A stretch of 64,000 nucleotides of DNA. Source: Hydrolagus colliei (taxonomy: Eukaryota). The notes under the pieces were generated by a model. The model saw only the letters and a program-made list of their open reading frames with translations, did not search any database and was not told where the DNA came from. Where the stretch lies: the NCBI GenBank assembly GCA_035084275.1, contig CM068759.1:2294001-2358000 (forward strand). The letters run 5' to 3'. The position numbers and the translations under genes are program-made. Shown piece after piece: positions 1-9,995 of this stretch (its first letter is position 1; the number at the start of each line of letters is the position of its first letter).

Positions 1-44
1 TTTGAACCAAGCCAAAGTTCACACTGTACGAATGAAATGGGCAA

Positions 45-295
45 GAACAACAGCCACAAAATGACACTTGTACAGCACCTTTCACGCCAGGAGGACGTCC
101 CAAGGCGTTGGACAGTCACTGCCTCAGACCCGAGCTGAGGATGGGGAGGGTGGAGGGAAAGGGGGGGATTTGGGGTGACCTATGGGTCCGTCGAAGAGGA
201 GGGTCTTGAGGAGGGACTTGAAGGAGGCCAGGGAGGGGGGGCGAGTCGGAGGGACTGTGGGATGGAGTTCCAGAGGTTGGGGGCAGTGTGGCTGG
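45..295 (-). mobile_element. L2-clade LINE 3' end
   Basis: Reverse complement of the L2 3' region also seen at 8440-8825: C-rich UTR, stem-loop tail, (TTG)n end. Confidence 0.8.
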
Positions 296-879
296 TAGGT
301 GACTTAAAACTTGAGTTTGTGAGCAGATTGGAGTAATTTCAAAGCGCCACTGACATTTTAGAGAGACGGAATCTTTGGCTCTCGATGGTGTGGTTTAAAG
401 TGCCTTGTTTACTCTTCCCTCTCTCTCTCTCTCTCCCCTCCCTCCCACACACGGATCTCTTTCCCTACCCCCTTGCACAAGGAAAAAGATGCAGAGTGAG
501 GAACACTCAGACAGGGTGCTCGGTCATGCAGTGTATTTTTGACTTGGAATCTCTAATCAAGGACCTGACATTATGTTTGACTGTGATATTACTGCATTTC
601 AAGGTTGCAATTAAAGCACAAACTCATTTTGAAAATGAGTCGTTTAGTTTCCCTGTAAGCCCACGACCGACATTGAAATTATACAGTAACCGTTCAGGGA
701 GCTCCACAGAATATTTAGTTTACGAAGGATGTGTAAAGCATGGAAACAAACCACTCAGCCCAAACTGTCTGGGCTGGTCCACACTCTCCTATTCCACACC
801 CTTTTCTCTCATGTAAAGATCTAGCTTCCTCTTCAATGCAGCTACCTACCGACTGATTCAACCACCGCGCCAACCACCA

Positions 880-990
880 CCACCACCACAACAACAGCAA
901 CAACTTGCACGTAGAAAGCACCTTTCATGTTAAGAAGATGCCTCAAGGCTCTGGACAGTCAAGGATTTGCACCCGAGCTGGGGGTTGGAA
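880..990 (-). mobile_element. L2 3' tail fragment
   Basis: (CAA)n followed by cacctttcatg...caaggctctggacagtc...ccgagctg, homologous to 45-140. Confidence 0.75.
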
Positions 991-1069
991 TCAAAAGGTC
1001 TAGAGGAGAAGCTAAAGTGGTCCTTCAAGGCAGTGAGTGCCACAATTGCACTATCCTTTGTCCCCTAAT

Positions 1070-1222
1070 TGGTTTTCAAGACTGAGGTGGATAGATATTT
1101 GCTAGGTCAGGGTATAAAGAGAATATGGGGCAACGGCGGATAATTGGACTTGAGACACAGATCAGCCATGATCCTAGAATGCCACGGGGTGAACAGCTTA
1201 CTCCTGTTTCTATTTTTCTATG
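1070..1222 (+). mobile_element. CR1-clade LINE 3' end
   Basis: ttcaagactgaggtggatagatatttg...gatcagccatgatc...actcctgtttctatttttctatg resembles shark CR1 3' ends. Confidence 0.7.
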
Positions 1223-1809
1223 AAGTACATTTGTATGTTTCTCTTATTTTTACTTTAGAATCCTGAAAGAAGTCGGTGACATGAATAGATGTGTCGTTAA
1301 CTCGCATAAACACTAAAGAACATCATCTTGACTGTCATTATTTACAGTTACAGGGTGCTTCGTCTCATATTCTGATTGGTCAAAAGTGGTTCCCACATGT
1401 TTGTCCCGATTTAAATCTCAAGCACCAATTTCAGTTAATTTCATAACCTCACTGCGTAAAAGTAAGATTTATTAATCTACACTCTTTAAGTTTGTAAATC
1501 TTTATAGCTGCATGAACGCTCTCAAGCGGGATCCCAAGTGATTGAATCAAAACGTTATAAGCCACTTTTTCACAGACTTGTTTCACGTTGTGCGTGAATC
1601 TAATCTGTGAGTGAGTGAGTGGCTGGACTGCTGGGCTGAAATTGTATTCCAGTGCCACGCTGAAGAACACAGAAAGTTGGTCGGCCTTTTTAAGATCAGG
1701 AAGTTGACTGGGTTGCGGGTTGCAAGTTAAATTGACTTACAGGCTGCAGCACTCAGGCAAAATTCAATACACGATTGGGTACTCACACTCAGTATCAATG
1801 TGTCCAATT

Positions 1810-2090
1810 TGGCTCAGTTGGTAGGGCACCCACCCACCTCTGGGCCAGAACTTATAAGTCTTGATCTCATAGTCCAGGTTGACGCACTAGTATAGCGGGT
1901 GGGGGGAGTACTTTTTTTCTCAATGATGCCATCTTCTGGATACACCGAGGTCCAGTCTACCGGTTTAAGGTCCAGGTTAAAGGTCTCGCATTATTCAAAA
2001 AGGAAGAGTTTGTCCCTGTTCACATGAATTACTGTAGTTAGTTACCTCATATGGCTGTTGGTGGGATGTCAGTGGCTCACATTTGGGGAC
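1810..2090 (+). mobile_element. Degraded DeuSINE (SacSINE1/AmnSINE1-like)
   Basis: A-box-like ggctcagttggtag head, then tccaggttgac...gatgccatctt...ccgaggtcc...attcaaaaaggaagag...gctgttggtgggat in Deu-domain order (compared from memory). Confidence 0.6.
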
Positions 2091-2896
2091 GAGCTGTGCT
2101 CAGCTCATTTGACACCGTCCTGATTATTTCTGGCGAATTCCATGTCAGGCCATGTTTTCGAAATGGAAATGTAACTGTGGTCCATCCCCCTGGGTCTTTT
2201 TAACATATTTATGTTGTGACCATAATGTTTTAATTCAGCAGCGATAGGGGTGGGGTGGTGGGGGCTAGACGTCTTAATTTAAAATAAATGGAACTATTTA
2301 TAAAGCAGCACTTTGCTTTCAGTGATTAACCGCTGAGTGGAAAGGCTGTGGGGAGTGGGGCGGGTGGGGGGGAAAGGAGGAGGGGGAGTGGGGGAGACAT
2401 TTACACTTCAACAGTTTGTAATAGTACACTTCAATGTTGTATTTGTTAACACGGGTCGAAGCTGTTTTTAAACTGCGATTATGTCATGCAGAATCGCAAA
2501 AAAGAGTCAATGTGGGCTTCTGTTTGACACTGGCTCCATTTCTGTGGTAGATCGCTCTGCTTTGGGCTGGTGAAAACTGTTCTTACCGTTAAATGAATCT
2601 TAGCTATAAGTCCAAACGAGAAGCAACAGGAACCCCATGCTGCTCAGGCCTGAATGAATGGTGCTGCAGAGAGGTACTGAGTGGATTTGCAAACTATAAT
2701 TGACAGATTCCTAGACAATGGCTTTGAAGTGGCACAGGACAAGTGACAAAACTCTTTAATACAGAGTTATCTGCCAAAGTACTCTTGAGATGCTGTCTGC
2801 CGTGAGGAACGCTATATAAATGCATTGTTTTTGTTGTGGTGCTGTATTGCACAATGTATCACAGGATTCTTGTTTTAGGTGGAAAAAAAATCCTCC

Positions 2897-2970
2897 AAAC
2901 AACAACAGCAACAAATGACAGTATATTTGTATGGCACCTTTCACATCGGGAGGACATCCTAAGGCACTGC
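2897..2970 (-). mobile_element. Solo L2 tail
   Basis: (AAC)n...cacctttcacatcgggaggacatcctaaggcac. Confidence 0.75.
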
Positions 2971-4059
2971 AAATGAATAATTGGTGTGGGAGTGTGATCA
3001 TTGGTGTGTGACATTCAATTGAGCGATTTCTGAAATCTCCGTGATGTCTTCTGCAAATTAGTAAGGACAGAGTACAGCAAATGGACCGATGCTGAATTAA
3101 GATTCCAGCACTAAACCAGAATCTTCTTTGTGCTTTTTGTTTAAAATGTTGTATGAGCCTCAAAAGAGCCAGCACCTTTATGTTCAATGGAAGTTCTCTT
3201 TTTTTTTGAGGTGGGGGTAGTGGTGGAGGGGGTTTAAATTTTGCAGCAATGCTCAGAGTTTCTTTATATATCAAAAAAAAGCCCACTCTAAATGTTCTCT
3301 TTCAGCTCTTTGACTGATCAATATTTTTTCCCTCCATCCATTAAATCAATAGCGTCTCAGATTTCACCCACAGTTCCAGCTGCAGTACATTTTGCGGCAG
3401 ATATAGATTCCTTACTCTACTTGCTTCTTGAATCTCCGTGGCTTAAATATCCATTGATTTTTTTTTATTTCTGGAGGGCACCACACCAGCTGTGTCATTC
3501 GAAACGTCTTGAATCTATTAAAGAAGATATTGACCTCTGGTTAAGTTGTCTTTGGTCCCTGGTGGGGAGGCCACTTCTACCAGATGGAACCAAAAATTAG
3601 CATCTTTGTACATTTTCAAGATGTTTTCTCTCTTTAACTCTATTACCGTGACTTCAATCTAATTCCCAGTCAATTTTTTTGAGGGGTAGAGGCGGGGTAA
3701 TTTTAAATGGGGAAAGCCAGGAACAATTTATTTTAATCTTGATTATACATCTACAGGTATACAGTATTTCGTGGTAAGAATTAAACAATAGTAAGAGAAC
3801 AAAAAGTTGTCCAGCCTATATTATATATTACCAATAATATATTACCAATATTGAGATTGATGGTTCAAATTAGGTTCAAGAGTGCTTTAAGGGTTATTCT
3901 TGTTAGTTTTGACCATAAGCAGAATTAATTTTCTTCAATTAACATTTTTATTTTGACGGGAAAGTCAATGGGGATTATTGATCTGACTGAGGAGTTCTCC
4001 AGCGATCTAACCACATACCCCATGAGTAAAATATCGTATGTAGGATGATGAAGAGGGAA

Positions 4060-4085
4060 AGAGAGAGAGAGAGAGAGAGAGAGAA
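4060..4085. repeat. (GA)n microsatellite
   Basis: Direct reading. Confidence 0.9.
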
Positions 4086-5137
4086 AAGGGAAAAGAAATG
4101 AGAAATTGACAAGTGCTTTTTTTAAAAACAAAAAAATCGGGATAATTCTGGATAGGATTGATCCATTATATAAGGTATACTTGTTATATGGACTGAAATT
4201 AACATTTGGAACTGAAAACTTGCATTAGTGGGGTTTCAAACTGCAATAATCCCAGTATTGTTGGACAATGGGGACATCCGATGAATGTAGTGATTGTGTC
4301 AGCCCTTTTGTCAAATGATAGATTTCCTTGGTTGAAAAGCTACTCTATCAAGCCCAGGTTTGTCCAAACGTTCAGAGAAGTGCCTTCAGCACCTTTGTTG
4401 CTCACCTGAGTGGGATACAATAACAATTCTGTGATCTCATGATGGTGATTTGCTTAACTTTTGCTGTCCAGCCAGACTCTCCCATTTCCTATTTGAGAGG
4501 TTGTTCAGTTATTGGTCCTCCAACTTTACCCTGTTTCACCCAAACTCTAAATAAATACATGATGATAATGATCTCCGTCATCCTTGTTACTTTTGATTAA
4601 AATGCATTCCACTGATTCCTACGATTATGCATTCATCCTCAGGACTTAGACTCCTTCTACAATGTAATTTAAAAAAAAAACAAGCTTGTAGTAACATCTT
4701 AATTTCTCCGGTACTTTTTTTTTCCCTCCCCACCAACCTACATTTAGCTCTTGTCCCTTCACTTTGGTTCTGGTTTAAAATAAGTCTGCGTTTAAAATTA
4801 ATTTCAGTAGAGAAATGAAAACTTCATGTCCTGTCAGTGAATGTGCCTTCTTTGTTTATCAATTCCCGTTGTATTGGAGTGAGGGAGCGAATGAGTGAAT
4901 GAATGAACGATTGGACTGTTGATCTGGCTTTTGGTGATGAGCATGAAATCGATTGAGAGTGAGACGAGGAAAGATTCTAAAAGGAGATGTCAAAAGGATG
5001 CTGGCTTCACGAAAACGTGACTGGTAAACCTTTGTTTGTGGAAGGAGGAGGCCGAGGATCATTGTCACAGCAATACCATGTGATGACACAGGGTAATGAC
5101 AAGTCACATCAAAATGAGTTTGCAACAAATAGTGGGT

Positions 5138-5413
5138 TGTGTGTGTGTGTGTGTCGGAGGGGGGTGGTGGGGGGGGGTGTGGGTGGAGAGAGGCTCACTT
5201 ATTTTGCTTCAGGCAAACAGTACCACTTTAAGAGTGCTAATTGCTGGAAGCACATGTATATAAAGTTTTCGCTGGTCGGAATCCCAGGCATGAATGAGCA
5301 TTTAGTTTCCTGATATTTGCCAATGAGCTCTGTTGTTGTCTATTGGAATGAAGGGGTGGTGATGGGGTGGGGGGGGGTTGAGATTTGCTGTCGTTCACAC
5401 ACACACACACACA
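5138..5413. repeat. (TG)n at 5138-5154 and (CA)n at 5396-5413 with G-rich runs inside
   Basis: Direct reading. Confidence 0.8.
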
Positions 5414-6809
5414 CCAAAGAGGCACTGGGCCTTTGTCCTACTCTGCTGGGCTCTTTGACAATGGGGGTTTTTATTCCATTTCATGCCACAGAGTAGAGAG
5501 GGTTTCTTTTACAAGAGAGGCGTTTCATTAATGAGCCAAAATGAACTCTAAAATAATGAGTTTATTGGCAAGTGAGGTCTCTTTGCAACATGCTTGTTTT
5601 TGTTGGACAGAATGTGTTCTGTGATTGCCTGTAAACAAGATGGCAACTAATATGGAAAAAATAATCTTCAGTACGTATCAAGACTTTCCCACCATAACAC
5701 TGTATAATGTTTCAGTCCACGGAGCCTTCCTGCAGTGTACTATATCTGCTATAATAATGTATTCCTGATTTCACGTGGCTCTGTAGCTTGTAGCATTTTA
5801 CAAAAAATGAATTCCTTTAGTTGGGACAGATGTTTGAGGATATTTTACTTGGGAAAGACTTTGGATGGTTTCCAGAAAGGTATGCACCCAGCTGTGCTTA
5901 CATGGCTTGGAGTTGATTTAACGTTGCATTGCGTTTTGTGGGAAGGCTGTGAAATGAACAGAGGATGTGCAATAGATCAGTTTTTTGATTGGTTTCTCCG
6001 AAGGTCTTGTCCTTTTGGCCAGACCAAACTGAAGAAAGGACAGTGCTTCCATTATCTCCGAACTAAGCTGATGAAAATCACTGTAACACAATGGTCTGCA
6101 CAGTTAATGTTGCGTGCTGAGTTGATCTTGTGTGTTCAACAATATTGGATGATGGGCGTTGCACATGTTGTAAAATTTACAGCTTCATTTTATGGCTGTT
6201 CACCACACTTTTGATCTGTTTTTCTCTTTTTTGGGGAAAAAAAATGGAATTGAATCAGGATTCATTTAAAATTCAATGACCGATTTATTTAATAGATGGT
6301 CCGTTTCCCTCCACCCACCCCCGCTTTCCCCAAAGTAGCTTTTAGGTGGTCATTAAGGACCACGATATTGATGGGAGTTTCTAAAATCACCTTGTCACCA
6401 TCCTAAATTATATACATTCGACTGGCAGGCCAATTTACTGGCATTTGTACACAGTGAGTGGCCTTTTAATGTCCTAATGCAACATGAATGTTTAAAAGAC
6501 TGAGATAGTAAAGGATTTCTATTTTGACCCTCTAATAGTTGCATTTATTAATAATAATCATTCTTATTATTTAATCTGTTAAAGGGCGAATTGATTCTCT
6601 AGGCGGGAATGTGTCCACTTTTGCAGGTTCGATTCAGAAGGGTTCAAGTTTGAAAGCCTGGAATGATTCTTGGATTCAAAATCCACCTTTTCGACCAAGG
6701 GGCAGGTGAATTATGCTACTCCTCGGACAGGTTTGCAGTTGAGCGCTCCAGCTGTGGCCCCAGGAGTGAACGTTTCCCAGTACAGTACTGTATATGTTCA
6801 CTGTGCGAT

Positions 6810-7210
6810 TGTGATCAGGAAAACTTGAAACCCTCTCTGTGAAATCCAATGCAAACAGCAGTCATCAAATCGAAACGGAAGTCGCATTCAAAACAGGAAG
6901 TGATACAATAGACATGTCTCAGCGCAGCGCTGTCGAAAAAGGCCCAGTTGTCGCCGGCAACTGATTTTACGCCCGGTTGTAACCAGGGTGGAGTGCCTTT
7001 TGTTTCTTGCGTCGAAAGGCTGCAGTTCAGCAATGAGCAGTTGTGGCTGATGTTGCTTGACTGTAAACCGACTGGTTTGTTCTCTGTCGTAAGCATTTAC
7101 CGCGGCAAAGAGGAAATGAGGTGACATTTCTTTTCAGCCTTAAAAATAAGTGTCCACGTCAAGCGATGATCAGTGACCAACATTGCGGCTATTTGCTTCC
7201 TCAATACTGT
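6810..7210. promoter_or_regulatory. Candidate intronic enhancer (CpG-enriched, clustered ETS cores)
   Basis: CGGAAGT 6876, CAGGAAGTG 6894, AAAGAGGAAATGA 7107, TTCCTC 7197 in repeat-free, CpG-retaining sequence. Motif evidence only. Confidence 0.4.
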
Positions 7211-7259
7211 ATACAGTATATTACGCTCTGATGTGTATCTACGCAGTAACTGTCCAGAA

Positions 7260-7322
7260 CCTAGGGACATCCTCCTGATGTGAAAGGCGCTATACAAGTG
7301 TCATTTTGTTCTTGTTGTTGCC
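7260..7322 (+). mobile_element. Solo L2 tail
   Basis: gggacatcctcctgatgtgaaaggcgctatacaagtgtcattttgttcttgttgttg. Confidence 0.8.
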
Positions 7323-7578
7323 TATTCTGTGTTACACTGTATTTACCTACTAAACTGGGAGGGTGGGTTAGAATATTAATAATAATCCTTGTCTTTGATA
7401 TAGCGCTGTGGAAAAAAATATGTGTTTCTTCTAGTATAAAAATGTTTTTTGTCTTCCTGGCTCTAAAAGTATACAATTTGATGTATTTAAATGTAAGACT
7501 TGTAATGATATGATCTGAAAATTATATTGTATTGCTGGTGTACTTACTATTCCTTTGAACTTACAAGGCATATTTATC

Positions 7579-7700
7579 TTTGCGTTTGATATAATGTCTT
7601 ATCATTATCATGATGCAGCATCTCCAAAGTGCTTTCCAGAAATTACTGTTAAATGTAGTAACTGTAGGCAAATACGGCAACCAATTTGCGCACAGCAATT
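7579..7700 (-). mobile_element. SINE 3' fragment (Deu/L2-type tail)
   Basis: ttgcgtttgatata...aaagtgctttc...ggcaaccaatttgcgcacagca. Confidence 0.65.
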
Positions 7701-7786
7701 TGTGTACAGCAAGAGAGTTCTGGATTAATTTTCTGAAACAAATTAAATCAAAAATGATCTGAACAACAACAACTCGGATTGATAGC

Positions 7787-8106
7787 GTGGAGTCCTTTAG
7801 CTCAGTGGTTAGAGCACTCGCCTTACAAGTGAGAGACCTGGGTTCAATTCCAGGCAGGCCAGGGTGAAACCTTGGGTAAATTTCCTTACTCCACAAGCCT
7901 AATAATAATCCCTCAAATAAAAAATAAATCGGTCATTTTCAATCCATGACTGTTTGTGGGACGCTGCTGTGCGCACTTGGCTGCCGTGTTTCACCCACAA
8001 ATATACAGTTAATTAACTTTACTGTATATTCTGTGATGCGCTTTGAGATGTCCAAAAGTTGTGAAAAGTATGACTATATCAAATGCAAGGATTATTATTA
8101 TTATTA
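7787..8106 (+). mobile_element. Full-length tRNA-derived SINE (short subfamily; probably SINE2-1_CM-like)
   Basis: A box TAGCTCAGTGG, B box GGTTCAATTCC, shared body, stem-loop tail and (ATT)n end; many homologous copies in the window. Confidence 0.9.
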
Positions 8107-8150
8107 TATAGCGCCCTCCACGCTGGGCAGCGTCTCAGAGCGCTTAAAGC
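8101..8150 (-). mobile_element. Solo L2 tail (second type) abutting SINE tail
   Basis: tatatagcgccctccacgctgggcagcgtctcagagcgctt; same type at 13357-13418 and 35385-35445. Confidence 0.7.
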
Positions 8151-8439
8151 TTCTCAGAAACTGCTGTTCTAGACATCACATCTTGTGCAGCCACAATGTA
8201 CAGTAAACGTATTTAAATCAGATGACATAATCATAGTGAGCAGTTAGCTTCTGTTAAACAGAAACAGATCAAGTTGTTCCAATGAATGAATGGTTGGTTC
8301 TTTCTTCTGTGTGCGTTCTCTGTTCTCCTCCTTTCATTGAGAACAGTTATCGACTGATATGTTGCTCATGTTGCCCATTTGGTTACTGAGGGAGAATAGT
8401 ATGTACTGAATCTGCTGTAAAATGTGGATTCATTGATTA

Positions 8440-8890
8440 ACATTTGTGATCTTCAAGAGTTTGGCTTTAAAGCCCTCCACGGCCTTGCCCCTCCCAACCT
8501 CGGCGAACTCCCAACTCCCTACCAACCTGTCCGCTCCCTCCACGTCTCCCAACCCACCCTTCCCACCATTGGTGGTCGAGCCTTCAGCCACCCTACCCCC
8601 AACATTTGGAATTCCAATCCGCAACCCATCAGCCTCGCCTCCTCCCCAGCCTCCTTCAATTCCCTTCTCAAGACCCTCCTTTTTGACAATACCATCGGTC
8701 ACCCCCCCTTCCCCCCCCACTTTCCTTCCCTCCACCCTCCCCGATCCCGACCCCAGCTCGGGTCCAAAACATTGACTGACTTCCTGACATGAAAGGCGCT
8801 CTTTGAATGTAATTGTGTTGTGTTCTTGCTGGGACGTCCTCCCGATGTGAACTGCGCTATACAAATGCAATTTGGTTACTATTGTTGTGA
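8440..8890 (+). mobile_element. L2 LINE 3' end (ORF2 C-terminus relic + UTR) with a second tandem tail
   Basis: ORF 8424..8792 contains FKALHGLAPP...GGRAFS...WNS, typical of the L2 ORF2 end; tails at ~8775-8825 and ~8830-8888. Confidence 0.85.
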
Positions 8891-8944
8891 CAGAAAACCT
8901 AAGCCTTCTTAATGAAACAGAAAATAATAATAATATCATGATTA

Positions 8945-9105
8945 CTCAATCCCAAACTGTTTGGGAACACTGCTGTGCGCAAAACAGCTGCTTTGTTTCG
9001 GCTACAAAATGTACAGCCAATTCACTTTGCAGTATATCGGGTGAAGTGTTTTCAGACGTCTCAAAGACATGACAAGACGCCATATCAAATGCAAAGATTA
9101 TTATT
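8945..9105 (+). mobile_element. tRNA-SINE 3' half
   Basis: caatccc..actgtttgggaacactgctgtgcgc...tatcaaatgcaaagattattatt. Confidence 0.8.
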
Positions 9106-9594
9106 GTGGCTATTATTTACACTCTTATCTTTTGAAGAACTCTTGAGATCATTTAATGAACTGGCTTTATTTTATTTAGCGTGGATTCTCTTCACCACCA
9201 TTGTGGTGATCGAATTGTCTTGTTTCCAGACAAGGGTGAGGTGACCTACCTCCTCCCCTCAGTTGTGTTGTGTGAATTGTGTGTTCGAATGGCGAAGTGG
9301 GTGGTGTTGCCAATAGGAGAGGGAGAAGCAGGCAGTACAGGAATCAATGGAAGGGGTAGGAAACAGCTTACCATCTGTGTTAAGATCCAGGAATAAAATG
9401 CCACCGGGAAATATGCCATTCAATCTTTAGGTGGCATTGTAGTGGGCAGCCATTTTTGAACTGTGGGATTGAATCGGGGGGTGGTGGGGGGTCCTGTAAA
9501 AGCTGATCAACATTGTTGTTTACAGCTTTTGCTCTCCAGGCAATTTGGAGGCACATCTATGTTGATGATCTGTACAACCATCAGTGGTGTTACG

Positions 9595-9697
9595 CCTGCA
9601 AAAACACAGTCACTACACTTTAACAGCTTGTCCTGTGAAGCACGTTGAGACGTCACCCTGACATGAGTGGTATTTTACCAAATGCAAGGATGATAAT
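9595..9697 (+). mobile_element. SINE 3' tail fragment
   Basis: ctgtgaagcacgttgagacgtc...caaatgcaaggatgataatt. Confidence 0.7.
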
Positions 9698-9995
9698 TAT
9701 AATGATCCTTGCATTTGATATATCGCTATTCATGTCTTCTAGATGTCTCAAAGCGCTTCACAGGATATACTGTAAAGTGAATCGACTGTGTATTTGTTGG
9801 CAAAATGCGGCAGCTAATTGTGCACAGTAGCTTCCCACAAACTTTTGTGGTTTGAAATGACCAATTTATTATTTTTATTTTATGGAACGATTATCAGGCG
9901 TGTGGAGTAAGGAAACTTGCCCAAGGTTTCTCCCTGCCTGGATTCGAACACAGGTCTCACGCTTGTAAGGCAAGTGCTCTAACCACTCTGCTACA
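9698..9995 (-). mobile_element. Full-length tRNA-SINE
   Basis: Reverse complement of the 7787 family, including the tRNA head (ggattcgaac...ctctaaccact). Confidence 0.9.

Noticed and set aside
3823-3850. 14-nt tandem duplication ATATATTACCAATA x2
   Set aside because: Ordinary slippage duplication in AT-rich DNA with no further structure.
7787-7860. Genuine tRNA genes at the SINE heads
   Set aside because: Each head continues into the same SINE body and tail, and the copies are mutually diverged.
8424-8939. Overlapping Pro-rich/Gly-rich ORFs as novel proteins
   Set aside because: They result from the C-rich L2 3' region.
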